From positions 3,680,001 to 3,744,000 of the forward strand of contig OY970194.1 of the NCBI GenBank assembly GCA_963708075.1: DNA of 64,000 bases. Reading direction: 5' to 3'. Source of the DNA: Sedimentisphaerales bacterium. GTDB lineage: Bacteria > Planctomycetota > Phycisphaerae > Sedimentisphaerales > Anaerobacaceae. The position numbers and the translations under genes are program-made. The notes under the pieces are model-generated. The model was given only the letters and a program-made list of their open reading frames with translations, ran no database searches and was not told where the DNA came from. Positions 18,742-28,621 of the stretch are shown here, in pieces (the first letter of the stretch is position 1; every line of letters starts with the position of its first letter).

Positions 18742-20265
18742 CTACACCTTGTCTGCGGTGGGGCAGACGAAGGGGGGGCGATATTCGCGGTGGAGGAGCT
18801 TGTTGGCGGGTTCGCTGTTGGTGAAGACCTCCTTTTGCGGGTCGAACGTCAGCAGCGGGCCCATGGACATCGGGTACTTGTCGAGATCGACACCGTTGTC
18901 TTTCAAATGCCGCACGGTGCGGTTCAGAGTATCGATGTTGTCGTCGTGGCTTTTGGTCTTTTCAAGGATGGCCTTGGCCTGGTCCACGGAGACCTTGTTC
19001 TTTTCGCCGAGGTAGTAACTGATATTGGCCAAGTGAGCCACGGCGGCGGAGAGGTGGCCCTGGAAGGCGTCGGCGTTGAGGGTCTCGGCCTTGCGGCTGC
19101 GGACAGCGTCGAGGAAGTTGCCGTAGTGATTGCCGCCGCCTTTGAATTCCTTGACCTGGTTGCCCTTGAGGTCGAAGACGACGCAATACGTGTATTCCCT
19201 CTGGACGAGGATGCCTTCGGAGCCGTAGAAGATGACGCCGATCTGGTTGCCCTTGGTGCTGCCAAAGAGCTTGTTGATTTCGTCATCGGCGGAGTTATTG
19301 ACGGACAGGCCGCGGGTCTCGAAGACCATCGTCTTGTCGCCGTAATCGTAGATGCCGACCTCGGTATTGGCCGTGTCGCCGGCGTCGATGTACTTATCGT
19401 CCTTGCGTTCCGCCTGGTATCCCAGCCGGCCGCCGTACGTGATCACACTGTTGGGCTGGCGGTTGATGCCCAGCCCCCAGCGGGCGATGTCGCTCTGGTG
19501 CGGGCCCTGGTTGCCCGAGTCGCCGTTGCCGTACAGACGCTGCCAGTGCCAGTCGTAGTGGAACCGTTGGCGGGTGAGCTTGGGCGTGGTGTACGGGGCC
19601 GGGCCACTCCACAGGTCGAAATCGGCCTCCGCAGGGATTGGATAGTCGCCCAGTGGACCGATCGACGCTCGGCGTTTGTAGCACAGCCCGCGGGCGAGTT
19701 TGACGGTGCCGATGCCGCCGTCGGCGATGAACTTCATGGCGTCCTGGATGGCCCGGTTGGAACGGCATTGCGTGCCCACCTGGCAGATCCGGCCGTACTT
19801 CTTCGCGGCGGCCACGAGCGCGGCCCCTTCGGGGATGTCGTGGCTGATCGGCTTTTCGATGTACGCGTCCTTGCCCGCCTGCATGGCCCACACGCCGCAC
19901 AGCGCATGCCAGTGGTTTGGCGTCGCCGTCGAGATGAAATGGACAGACTTGTCATCAAAGACCTGGCGCATGTCCCGGACCCACTTGGGCCGTCGCCCGG
20001 TCTTCTTCTCGACCGCGTCACAGCCCTTCTGGCCGACTTTCTCGTCAATATCGACGATATAGGCGATCTCGACATCTTTGCGGCCGGAGTAAGCGCCGAT
20101 GTGATCGCCGCCGCGACCGTTACAGCCGATCACGGCACATAGGAGCTTGTCATTTGGGCTCGCGGCCTGTCCCCTGGCCGGACCGCTGAACATCGGGGCC
20201 GCGGATAACACCGCTGCCGCGGACAGGGACTCCCGCAGGAATTGACGACGTGTGTGTTTCATCAT
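18742..20265 (-). CDS. Gfo/Idh/MocA family oxidoreductase, Tat signal
   Basis: TRRQFL; IGCNGRG; TPNHWH; YIEKP; HYDWHW. Confidence 0.92.
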   Translation of the reverse strand: MMKHTRRQFLRESLSAAAVLSAAPMFSGPARGQAASPNDKLLCAVIGCNGRGGDHIGAYSGRKDVEIAYIVDIDEKVGQKGCDAVEKKTGRRPKWVRDMRQVFDDKSVHFISTATPNHWHALCGVWAMQAGKDAYIEKPISHDIPEGAALVAAAKKYGRICQVGTQCRSNRAIQDAMKFIADGGIGTVKLARGLCYKRRASIGPLGDYPIPAEADFDLWSGPAPYTTPKLTRQRFHYDWHWQRLYGNGDSGNQGPHQSDIARWGLGINRQPNSVITYGGRLGYQAERKDDKYIDAGDTANTEVGIYDYGDKTMVFETRGLSVNNSADDEINKLFGSTKGNQIGVIFYGSEGILVQREYTYCVVFDLKGNQVKEFKGGGNHYGNFLDAVRSRKAETLNADAFQGHLSAAVAHLANISYYLGEKNKVSVDQAKAILEKTKSHDDNIDTLNRTVRHLKDNGVDLDKYPMSMGPLLTFDPQKEVFTNSEPANKLLHREYRPPFVCPTADKV

Positions 20266-20281
20266 GGGTGCCACTCCTTAG

Positions 20282-20366
20282 GATTTATGACTTACGATCT
20301 ACAACTTGGCGCTTCGCGACGAGCCGCAGGCCTCAATTGTAATTCGTAAATCGCAATTCGTAAATC
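20282..20366. repeat. Inverted pair of heptamer arrays
   Basis: GATTTAT GACTTAC GATCTAC ... AATTCGT AAATCGC AATTCGT AAATC around a short GC-rich spacer. Confidence 0.7.
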
Positions 20367-20846
20367 TCATTGGTGCCCGCCGCCGCGGAGCATCTCGATG
20401 GCGTGCGGCAGGAGGTCCAGGATCACCTCCAGGCACTCGCGAACGGCCGTGGGGCTGCCGGGGAGATTGATCACAAGCGTGCCGCCGCGAATGCCTGCGA
20501 CAGCCCGCGAGAGCACCGCGCGGGGAGTCTTCTCGAATCCCTTGAGCCTCATCAGCTCACCGAAGCCGGGGACCATGCGGCTGCAGACAGATGCCGTGGC
20601 CTCGGGAGTGACGTCTCTCGGTCCGAATCCCGTTCCGCCCGTCGTCAGCAGCAGCTCGACCTCCCCATCATCCGCGAGTCTCACAAGCTCGGCGGCAATC
20701 GCGTCCCGGTCATCGGGCACGACGGTCCTTTCCGCCACGACAAACTGGTCGCCGGACAGCATCTCCTCAACGGTCCGGCCGCTGACATCTTCGCGCTCGC
20801 CCCACGAGCAACTGTCACTGACGGTTACTATGCCCACTCGAATCAT
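20367..20846 (-). CDS. mogA: MogA/MoaB molybdopterin adenylyltransferase
   Basis: VTVSD, VPDD, TTGGTGFGPRDVTPEA, LSRAVAG, NLPGSP. Confidence 0.92.
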   Translation of the reverse strand: MIRVGIVTVSDSCSWGEREDVSGRTVEEMLSGDQFVVAERTVVPDDRDAIAAELVRLADDGEVELLLTTGGTGFGPRDVTPEATASVCSRMVPGFGELMRLKGFEKTPRAVLSRAVAGIRGGTLVINLPGSPTAVRECLEVILDLLPHAIEMLRGGGHQ

Positions 20847-20854
20847 AGGCAACC

Positions 20855-21394
20855 TCAATCGTGTCCCCCACTTTGCTCCGGCCTTTTATAGTCGCCACTA
20901 TGCCCACCCGTCTTTTCCAAAAGCCGGATGCCGTGGATAGTCATGCCCTTGCCTGTGTACTTGAGCATATCATAAATGGTCAGGCACGCCGCCGCAACAC
21001 CGTGCAGGGCCTCCATCTCGACGCCGGTCTTGCCCGACGATTTCACCGACACTGTCACAATCACCGATTCATTCGCCTCGTCGAGTGCAAAGTCCACGTC
21101 GATGCCCTCGATAAGGATCGGGTGACACATGGGAATGATGGCAGGCGTGGATTTCACCGCCTGGATCGCCGCCACCTTCGCGGTCGCGAGCACATCGCCC
21201 TTCGGGCACGTCCCGCGACGGAGAGCATCGAACGCCGCCTCGCCCAAGAGAATGGAGCCCCCGGCTTTTGCCGTCCTCACGGTGATTTCCTTGCCACTGA
21301 CATCGACCATGCCCTTCGATTGCGGATTGCGGATTGCAGATTGCGGATTATCGCCGCGACTGGAATCCGAAATTGGCCTGCCTTTTCTTTTCAC
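20855..21394 (-). CDS. moaC: Cyclic pyranopterin monophosphate synthase
   Basis: MVDVSGK, KGDVL, IPMCHP, TGVEMEAL, TIYDMLK, EKTGG. Confidence 0.95.
   Translation of the reverse strand: MKRKGRPISDSSRGDNPQSAIRNPQSKGMVDVSGKEITVRTAKAGGSILLGEAAFDALRRGTCPKGDVLATAKVAAIQAVKSTPAIIPMCHPILIEGIDVDFALDEANESVIVTVSVKSSGKTGVEMEALHGVAAACLTIYDMLKYTGKGMTIHGIRLLEKTGGHSGDYKRPEQSGGHD
21318..21349. repeat. Heptamer tandem array (GATTGCG)n at the 5' end of moaC
   Basis: GATTGCG GATTGCG GATTGCA GATTGCG GATT, again NPQSAIRNPQS. Confidence 0.9.
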
Positions 21395-21399
21395 CAGCC

Positions 21400-22362
21400 C
21401 TACCCTCCGATCTGCTGCATGAGGAAATCGCCCGCGGCGGCGTTCAGTTTTGTGTGCTGATTCTTCTCTCGCAGCGCTTTTCGCAGCAGGCTCAGGATCG
21501 CGTCATCGCCGGCGCCGCCTCGCAGGAGCTTCTTCACGTCATAAGAGTACCCGTCATACAGACAGGGCTTGATTCTGCCGTCGCTGCTCAGCCGCAGACG
21601 CGTGCACTGCCTGCAGAATACCGAGGACCGTCCACTGATGAACCCGATGGCCCCGGCGGCGTTCTCAATGTTGAAATACACGGCGGGTCCGCCGCTGTCG
21701 GGCACCACGAGGGCCGCGAGCGGTCCGAATCTGGATTCAATGGTGGCGCGGACCTCGCTATTCGGAACGTAGCAGCTTGCCGGCCCGGTGAGTCTGGTCG
21801 TCGGGCAATACTCGATGAATCGGACTGCCACCGGCAGACGAAGGCTCATCTCGGCCAAGGCCTCCACCTGCGACAGGTTCACGTCCCGCATGACAACGCA
21901 GTTGATTCGCACAGGCGCCAGGCCGACATCCAAGGCCCTGTGCATGCCGTCGATCACCCGCGACAGCACATCCGCCCCGGCAATCCGCCGGTAACACTCG
22001 CGATCCAGCGCGTCGAGGCTGATGTTGACCCGCCGTAAGCCTGCCTCTTTGAGCTCGGCAGCCATCGAGGCAAGAAGCACGCCGTTGGTCGTCATGGACA
22101 GGTCATCGACGCTTGGAATCCCCGCGAGCCTCTGCACGAGATCGACGATATCCTCCCGCAGCAATGGCTCGCCCCCCGTCAGGCGGACCCGCCGGATCCC
22201 GCACTGCGAGCAAAGCCCGACCACACGGACGATCTCATCCGTGCCCAGAGTCCCCTGACCCTCTGCGAGATGCGCGTGGCCGAGCGGATTGCAGTAGATG
22301 CACCGCAGGTTGCACCGGTCCGTGACCGAGACTCGCAGATAGTCTATGTTCATTGCCGGCAT
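21400..22362 (-). CDS. moaA: GTP 3',8-cyclase (radical SAM)
   Basis: YLRVSVTDRCNLRCIYC, TGGEPL, FCRQCTRLRL..PCL, C-terminal IGG; exact start uncertain. Confidence 0.95.
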   Translation of the reverse strand: MPAMNIDYLRVSVTDRCNLRCIYCNPLGHAHLAEGQGTLGTDEIVRVVGLCSQCGIRRVRLTGGEPLLREDIVDLVQRLAGIPSVDDLSMTTNGVLLASMAAELKEAGLRRVNISLDALDRECYRRIAGADVLSRVIDGMHRALDVGLAPVRINCVVMRDVNLSQVEALAEMSLRLPVAVRFIEYCPTTRLTGPASCYVPNSEVRATIESRFGPLAALVVPDSGGPAVYFNIENAAGAIGFISGRSSVFCRQCTRLRLSSDGRIKPCLYDGYSYDVKKLLRGGAGDDAILSLLRKALREKNQHTKLNAAAGDFLMQQIGG

Positions 22363-22366
22363 CAAT

Positions 22367-23557
22367 TCACAATCCTGATCTCGGGAGCAGCCTGACATTC
22401 ACAAACGCTGCCTTCTCGATTCGCTCGACGCCGATTCCCATGCTGATCAGCCCGTCCGCCTGGCACAGAGCAAGGACATGGCCCGAGCCATGATACTCTA
22501 CGGGCCGGACGGTCGTCGCACCCATCAATCTCACCGGGACGAAGCCCTGTCTCTCGGTGTCTTCCCTTGTGATGGCCTCGTCGAGACTCATCTGAACGGT
22601 CGCGGGCAAGTAATCATGCCCCATCAGACGATAAAGGAAGGGCCTCACCAGCAGCTCAAACATGACGAACGTCGCCACGGGATTGCCCGGCAGCCCGAAG
22701 CAGTATGCCCGCTCCGAGCGGCCGAACACTGTGGGCTTTCCAGGCTTGACGGCGATCTTCTCAAAGAGCAATCGGACGTTGTTGCGCTGAAGTATTGCCG
22801 GCACAAAATCGAAGTCGCCGGCCGACACGCCGCCCGAGACAATCACGACGTCGTCTTCGGCCAATGCAGTTCTCAAGGCCGTGTCGATATCGGCCTCGGT
22901 ATCTTTGACGATGCCGTAATCGCGAGCGACTACGCCCATGCTTTCGAGTTGAGCGGCAAGCTGGAGACTGTTTGAATTCCTGATTTGCGACGGCCCCGGC
23001 TTTTTCGCCGGCGCGACAAGCTCGTCGCCGCTGGCGATAACGGCTACCTTCGGCCTGTGTGCCACGAGCGGCCGCACGTGGCCGAAGGAAGCGAGCATCG
23101 CAATCTCCTGCGGACCGATCCGGCTGCCCTTTTGCAGGACAACTTGGCCGCGGCGAACATCCGCCGCCCTTCGGGAGATGTTGTCGCGCGTCTGTCCGCC
23201 CGTAAGACGGATGCTGCCGAGCCCAAGCGTCTGCGTCTGTTCGATCATGACTACGCAGTCGGCCCCCGGCGGAACGACAGCGCCGGTCATGATCTTGGCG
23301 CACTGGTTCGGCCCGATCCTTTTGACCGGGACAGCGCCGGCCGGGATCGTCTCCACCACCGCCAGCGCGTTGGCCAGGTCTTCCCGACGGCATGCATAGC
23401 CATCCATCGTCGCTTTGTCGAACGGCGGCATGTCCGCATCCGCCGCTACATCCTCCGCCAGGATGCGATCCAGCGAATTGCCCAGATCGACGCGCTCGGT
23501 TCCGAGCGGCCGGGCGGCGTCCAGGACAGTCTGCAATGCTTCTTTCAGCTCGATCAT
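22367..23557 (-). CDS. moeA: Molybdopterin molybdotransferase
   Basis: PPFDKATMDGYA, IMTGA, SGDEL, SGGVSAGDFD, KPGKP, GLPGNP. Confidence 0.95.
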   Translation of the reverse strand: MIELKEALQTVLDAARPLGTERVDLGNSLDRILAEDVAADADMPPFDKATMDGYACRREDLANALAVVETIPAGAVPVKRIGPNQCAKIMTGAVVPPGADCVVMIEQTQTLGLGSIRLTGGQTRDNISRRAADVRRGQVVLQKGSRIGPQEIAMLASFGHVRPLVAHRPKVAVIASGDELVAPAKKPGPSQIRNSNSLQLAAQLESMGVVARDYGIVKDTEADIDTALRTALAEDDVVIVSGGVSAGDFDFVPAILQRNNVRLLFEKIAVKPGKPTVFGRSERAYCFGLPGNPVATFVMFELLVRPFLYRLMGHDYLPATVQMSLDEAITREDTERQGFVPVRLMGATTVRPVEYHGSGHVLALCQADGLISMGIGVERIEKAAFVNVRLLPRSGL

Positions 23558-24231
23558 GGCTCTTTGGAGATTATCTGCGGCTCGGCTCCGAAGCACGAGC
23601 GGTAATCCTGCGGCGTGTCGATGCTCATCAGCACGGCACGGTCAGGGACATTCACCTCAAGGACCTGACCCTCATTGGAGGACACGACATGCCGGGCCCC
23701 CTTCTCTACAGGGGCGCTGGTAAGCTCGTCGAAGAGCGATCCTGCAAACAACGCCGGATGACCTCGTCGCTCGTTGAAGACCGGCAGCACGATCGGCCGG
23801 CGTGTCTCTCTGAACGCACCCACAAGCCGGTTGACGATGTCCGTCGTGAGGAACGGATGATCGACCAGGCAAAGGAGCATCGCATCTGTATCACCCGGCA
23901 GGCTCTTCAATCCCTTGATCAAGGATGACAACTGCCCCGCCGGGTAGTCCTCGTTCACCACTACATCCACCCCCGACAAATCGGCCGATGCCCGAACCAT
24001 GTCCGCCCGTGCCCCAAGCACCACCGTGGTCCTACTCACACTGGACTGACGCAGGACTGCGATGATCTGCTCCAGAAACGTCGCGCCGGCGCTCCCCGTA
24101 GGGCGAGCGTCCTCGCTCGCCCAAGGTCGTGCGGGGACGCACGACCTACGAAGAGGGCCAAAGCGCAGGAGAGGCTTGGGCATTCCCATGCGTCTGGATT
24201 CGCCGGCGGCCAGTACAAGGGCGTGGATCAT
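23554..24231 (-). CDS. mocA: MocA-like molybdenum cofactor nucleotidyltransferase
   Basis: LAAGESRRMGMPKPLL, GQLSSL, LVDHP, RGHP, IDTPQDY; adjacent to xdhC. Confidence 0.8.
   Translation of the reverse strand: MIHALVLAAGESRRMGMPKPLLRFGPLRRSCVPARPWASEDARPTGSAGATFLEQIIAVLRQSSVSRTTVVLGARADMVRASADLSGVDVVVNEDYPAGQLSSLIKGLKSLPGDTDAMLLCLVDHPFLTTDIVNRLVGAFRETRRPIVLPVFNERRGHPALFAGSLFDELTSAPVEKGARHVVSSNEGQVLEVNVPDRAVLMSIDTPQDYRSCFGAEPQIISKEP
24098..24149. repeat. GTAG-type REP doublet in frame within the mocA-like gene
   Basis: GTAG-GGCGAGCG-TCCT-CGCTCGCC and inverted GTAG-GTCGTGCG-TCCC-CGCACGAC. Confidence 0.9.
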
Positions 24232-25115
24232 GGGCAGTCCTCGCGCCGGGACAGCGTCATATGGCCGACGGCCGGCTCGTCGCCCAGCCGTCTGATTTTG
24301 ACCAGCTCGCACACGATGCTCAGGGCGATCTCCTCCGGCGTGACAGCCCCAATGGAAACCCCGATAGGCGAGTACACCCGGTCAAGCTGGCTCTGCGCGA
24401 CGCCCTGTTCTTTGAGCTTCTCCAGGATTGTCAGCGTCTTTCGCCTGCTGCCGATCATCCCGATGTATCGCGCAGGGGTCTTGACTGCTTGTTCGAGGAC
24501 GGTCGTGTCAGACCTGTGGCCTCGCGTGACGATCACGATGTACGAGCTGTCATCGACCCGTACTCTGTCAAACGTGCGCTCGACGTCCTCGACAACGATC
24601 TCATCCACATCGGGAAACCGCTGCGGGTTGGCGTACTCGGATCGGTCATCACAGACTGTCACGCGAAAATGCACGCCCCGGGCATATCGGGCGATGTAAT
24701 AGGACACGTGCCCCGCCCCACATAGAATCAGCATCGGCGCCTGGGTCAAGTCCCCCTCGGCGGCCCGGGCACGCTCTGCAAGCAACGGCAGAGCGGTCGC
24801 GTCGAACGTCTCAACGGCAAGATCGACCGATCCGCCGCAGATTCCCTTCTCGTCCTCGGCCGTCCCGGCCAGCTCGAAGCGAAACGTGCGGCTGGCCGGC
24901 CGGTCGAGCATCCGGGCGGCTTCTTCGATCATCCTCGCTTCGACCAGCCCACCTCCCACGGTCCCGGCGATGCTCCTGCCCCCGTCAAAGACAAGCATCC
25001 TGAAGCCTGTCTTGCCGGGGGTTGAGCCGGTGGTCGCCGTCACCGTGACCAGCGCCACATGTTGCCCGCCGTCGAGCAGCGAAATCGCCTTGCGAAACAG
25101 TTCAAGATCATTCAT
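24228..25115 (-). CDS. xdhC: XdhC/CoxI molybdoenzyme maturation chaperone
   Basis: GSTPG, GTVGGGLVE, ICGG, GAGHV, VTRGH, YIGMIGSRRK, PEEIALSI. Confidence 0.92.
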   Translation of the reverse strand: MNDLELFRKAISLLDGGQHVALVTVTATTGSTPGKTGFRMLVFDGGRSIAGTVGGGLVEARMIEEAARMLDRPASRTFRFELAGTAEDEKGICGGSVDLAVETFDATALPLLAERARAAEGDLTQAPMLILCGAGHVSYYIARYARGVHFRVTVCDDRSEYANPQRFPDVDEIVVEDVERTFDRVRVDDSSYIVIVTRGHRSDTTVLEQAVKTPARYIGMIGSRRKTLTILEKLKEQGVAQSQLDRVYSPIGVSIGAVTPEEIALSIVCELVKIRRLGDEPAVGHMTLSRREDCP

Positions 25116-25234
25116 ATTTTCTCTACACAATCGTGCCGGACAGATTGTATACTCAAAGCCCGTGACAGGAAATCACCTTTTTCGCGATGTCTGCACTGCA
25201 CAGCTTTTGGCACTTGCGTCAGAAGGGGGTTGAA

Positions 25235-25714
25235 ATGGCAGAAACGATATCGTTCACGCTCAATGGGCAACCGGTGACCCTCACCACGGACGGCCAGCGC
25301 CCGCTCCTGTGGGTCCTGCGGACCGATCTCGGTCTGACCGGCACAAAGTTCGGCTGCGGACAGGCCATTTGCGGCGCATGCACCGTCCTCGTGGACAACA
25401 AGGCGGTGCGATCCTGCGTCCACCCGGTGCGCAACGTCGCCGGCAGGAACGTTCGCACTATCGAAGGGTTATCCACAAACGGCGAGCTGCATCCCTTGCA
25501 GAAGGCCTTCGTCGAGCACGACGCCCTTCAGTGCGGATTCTGCACATCGGGCATGATCCTCACCGCCTACAGCCTGCTCCAGGAGAATCCGGAGCCAACA
25601 CGGGAGGAGATCATCGAGGGCATGGACCAGAACTTATGCCGCTGCGGAGCCCACACCCGCATCATCGACGCCATCCAGGATGCCGCGGCCCAAATGAAGG
25701 GAGGGAAGGCCTGA
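25235..25714 (+). CDS. (2Fe-2S)-binding small subunit, IorA/CoxS-like, copy 1
   Basis: GTKFGCGQAICGACTV, QCGFCTSG, NLCRCG. Confidence 0.95.
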   Translation: MAETISFTLNGQPVTLTTDGQRPLLWVLRTDLGLTGTKFGCGQAICGACTVLVDNKAVRSCVHPVRNVAGRNVRTIEGLSTNGELHPLQKAFVEHDALQCGFCTSGMILTAYSLLQENPEPTREEIIEGMDQNLCRCGAHTRIIDAIQDAAAQMKGGKA

Positions 25715-27870
25715 TGAACGAGAACCGCCACATGGAGATTGATTTCCACGATATCGTCACCGATCCCAACCTGTCGCGCCGCGAGTTCCTCAAAACCCTG
25801 GGCGGCGGGATCATCATCTTCTTCTGCATCGGCGACACTTCCGTGCTTGAAGCCCAGCGTCGGGGCGGCCGGGGCTATCCGGAGGACTTCAACGCCTATC
25901 TGCGGATCGGACCCGACGGTCGCGTCACTTGTTTCACGGGCAAAATCGAGCAGGGCCAGGGGGCGATCACGTCGCTGCCCCAGATGCTCGCCGACGAGAT
26001 GGACATCAGTCCGGACATGGTGGATATGGTGATGGGCGATACATCGCAATGCCCCTGGGATATGGGGACATTCGGCTCCATGACGATCCGCTTCTTCGGC
26101 CCGCCGTTGAGGGCGGCCGGAGCGGAGGCAAGGAAAGTCCTGATTGAGCTGGCGACCGAGCAACTCCAGGTGCCCCAGGAACGCCTGGCCGTCGAGAGCG
26201 GCGTCGTGTTCGACAGGGAGAACAAGGACAAGAAGGTCACGTACGCCGACCTGGCCAAAGGCAAAACAATTGAAAGACATGCTAAAGAGAAGCCGCCGGT
26301 GAAGGACCCGTCAGCGTTCAAGGTGATAAACAAGCCATTCCTGCATCGGGACGCGAAGGACAAAGTCACCGGCAAGGCCAAGTACGCGGGCGATATGTGC
26401 CTGCCCGACATGCTCTATGCGAAGATCCTCAGGCCTCCTGCTCACGGCGCCAAGCTCAAACGCGTGGACACCGCCGCCGCAGAGAAGATGGAAGGCGTCT
26501 CCGTTGTCCGCGATGGGGATTTTGTGGCGGTCCTGCACAAGAGCCCTGATGGGGCGGCAGCGGCCTTGGCCAAGATCGATTCCGAATTCGAGGTCCCGCA
26601 GGCGACCGTGGACGACAAGACGATCTTCGAGCATCTCCTGAAAAATGTGGGACGGGAGAACATCGCCGCCCAGGGCGGGCAGCTTGAGGAAGGCGAGAAG
26701 CAGGCCGAAACCGTTGTAGAGCAGACGTACCTTGACGGCTATAAGGCCCACGCGGCCATAGAGACACACACCGCTCTGGCCCAGGTCGAAGGCAGTAAGG
26801 CGACGGTCTGGGCGTCCACCCAAACGCCTTTCCCGCTGAGGGATCAGGTTGCCAATGCGCTTGGCTTCAAACCTGACGATGTCCGCGTCATCACGCCTTT
26901 CGTCGGCGGAGGCTTCGGCGGCAAGAGTGCCGGCCAGCAGGCCGTCGAGGCGGCACGATTGGCGAAAGCCACAGGCAAGCCCGTCCAGGTCATGTGGAGC
27001 CGGGAGGAGGAGTTCTTCTACGACACCTTCCGCCCGGCGGCCGTGGTGAAAATCAAATCCGGGATTACCAAAGAAGGCAAGCTGGCCTTGTGGGACTACC
27101 ACGTGTATTTCGCCGGCGATCGCGGAGCGGCGCAGTTCTATGACATTCCGCACCACCGCACCTCCAGCGTGGGCAGCGCCTTCGGTGGCGGACCCAGCCC
27201 GCATCCTTTTGCCACCGGCGCCTGGCGGGCTCCCGCCAATAACACGAACTCGTTCGCCCGCGAGTCGCAGATCGACATCATGGCCGCCAAAGCGAAGATG
27301 GACCCGATCGAATTTCGCCTCAAGAATCTGCGCGACGAGCGGCCAATCCGCACCCTCAAGGCGGCCGCCGAGAAATTCGGCTGGAAACCCGCCCCTTCGC
27401 CGAGCGGTCGTGGATTGGGCGTGGCAGTCGGCATCGACTCCGATACCTTCGTGGCGGAGATTGCCGAGGTCGAGGTCGATAAGCGCACCGGAAAGGTCCG
27501 GGTCAAGCGAATCGTCTGCGCCCAGGACATGGGTCTGGCGATCAACCCGCAAGGATCCACCATCCAGATGGAAGGCTGCATCACGATGGGTCTGGGCTAC
27601 GCGCTGACTGAGGACATCCGCTTCAAAGGCGGCATGATCCTCGACCGCAACTTCGACACCTATGAGTTGCCGCGATTCTCCTCACTGCCAAAGATCGAGA
27701 CGGTGATTCTGGACTTGCCAAACGAGCCCGCGCACGGCGGCGGCGAGCCGGCCATCATCGTCGTCGGCGCCGTGATCGCCAACGCCATCCACGACGCCAC
27801 CGGCGCCCGACTGCTCCAGTTGCCCATGACCCCCGACCGAGTCCGAAAGGCCATTGCCGCGATTGCATAG
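25714..27870 (+). CDS. Molybdopterin-binding large subunit, IorB-like, copy 1
   Basis: SRREFLK; KIEQGQG, GGGFGGK, WRAP, FARES, GGGEP; TGATG-coupled to the small subunit. Confidence 0.92.
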   Translation: MNENRHMEIDFHDIVTDPNLSRREFLKTLGGGIIIFFCIGDTSVLEAQRRGGRGYPEDFNAYLRIGPDGRVTCFTGKIEQGQGAITSLPQMLADEMDISPDMVDMVMGDTSQCPWDMGTFGSMTIRFFGPPLRAAGAEARKVLIELATEQLQVPQERLAVESGVVFDRENKDKKVTYADLAKGKTIERHAKEKPPVKDPSAFKVINKPFLHRDAKDKVTGKAKYAGDMCLPDMLYAKILRPPAHGAKLKRVDTAAAEKMEGVSVVRDGDFVAVLHKSPDGAAAALAKIDSEFEVPQATVDDKTIFEHLLKNVGRENIAAQGGQLEEGEKQAETVVEQTYLDGYKAHAAIETHTALAQVEGSKATVWASTQTPFPLRDQVANALGFKPDDVRVITPFVGGGFGGKSAGQQAVEAARLAKATGKPVQVMWSREEEFFYDTFRPAAVVKIKSGITKEGKLALWDYHVYFAGDRGAAQFYDIPHHRTSSVGSAFGGGPSPHPFATGAWRAPANNTNSFARESQIDIMAAKAKMDPIEFRLKNLRDERPIRTLKAAAEKFGWKPAPSPSGRGLGVAVGIDSDTFVAEIAEVEVDKRTGKVRVKRIVCAQDMGLAINPQGSTIQMEGCITMGLGYALTEDIRFKGGMILDRNFDTYELPRFSSLPKIETVILDLPNEPAHGGGEPAIIVVGAVIANAIHDATGARLLQLPMTPDRVRKAIAAIA

Positions 27871-27897
27871 TGACTCTGAGATTGGGTGCGACGATCT

Positions 27898-28006
27898 GGG
27901 TGGCAGCGTCAAGCGCAGCTTGGCAATGGCTTGCCTTGAACTGAGGGTGGCTTATACAGAAAAGGGTGAACCATCGCCAAGGCCTTCGGCCTTGACGCTG
28001 CCACCC
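27898..28006. repeat. REP doublet, GTGG family, upstream of RAYT
   Basis: A unit 27898-27929 and inverted B unit 27971-28006. Confidence 0.93.
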
Positions 28007-28053
28007 GAGTAGCTGTGCTACACTGTCGGACGTTAGAGAAGTTGAGCACTGCC

Positions 28054-28620
28054 ATGTTGAGCGGGGAGAGATACACAAAACGATGCGAGCGATGGAATAG
28101 AGCGGGTCATGCGCATGAGTTGACATTCAGTTGCCATCAAGGCCATCCGTTTCTCGCCAAAGAGCGGACGTGCCTCTGGTTGGTCGATTCGATCAATAAC
28201 GCCCGGCGCAGGCACGACTTTGATCTCTGGGCGTACGTCTCCATGCCAAACCATGTGCATCTGATTGTCTGTCCAAGAAGAGAACACTATTCCATATCGA
28301 GTATCCTACAATCCATCAAGCAGCCGGCGGCACGCAGGGCGATACAGTACTTGAAGACCGGCAATCCTGAGGGTCTGCGCCTTCTGGCTATGGGCCAGCA
28401 GATTCGCCCCTATGAGTTCTGGCAGAAAGGCGGTGGGTACGACCGGAACATCGTGAACGTCGAGACCCTCATTGAAGTGGTGCGCTACATCCACAATAAC
28501 CCGGTGCGAAAAGGCCTTGTCGAGACGCCTGACCAGTGGCACTACTCCATCGCATCTGAGTGGGACAACAACCGGGCCGGCCCGATCCTCATTGATCGCG
28601 ACACCTTTCCGGCGCACTGA
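28054..28620 (+). mobile_element. rayT: REP-associated tyrosine transposase (RAYT/TnpA-REP, HUH Y1)
   Basis: HELTFSC, AYVSMPNHVHL (HUH), FWQ, YDRNI, YIHNNPVRKGL, WHYS; REPs on both sides. Confidence 0.92.
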
Positions 28621-28621
28621 A

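Noticed and set aside
25116..25234. Moco riboswitch or ModE box between xdhC and the small subunit
   Set aside because: No convincing structure or consensus seen by eye; a covariance-model search would be needed.
28054..28620. Classical IS200/IS605 insertion sequence
   Set aside because: No tnpB, and the flanks are multicopy REPs found without the gene elsewhere, which fits RAYT.
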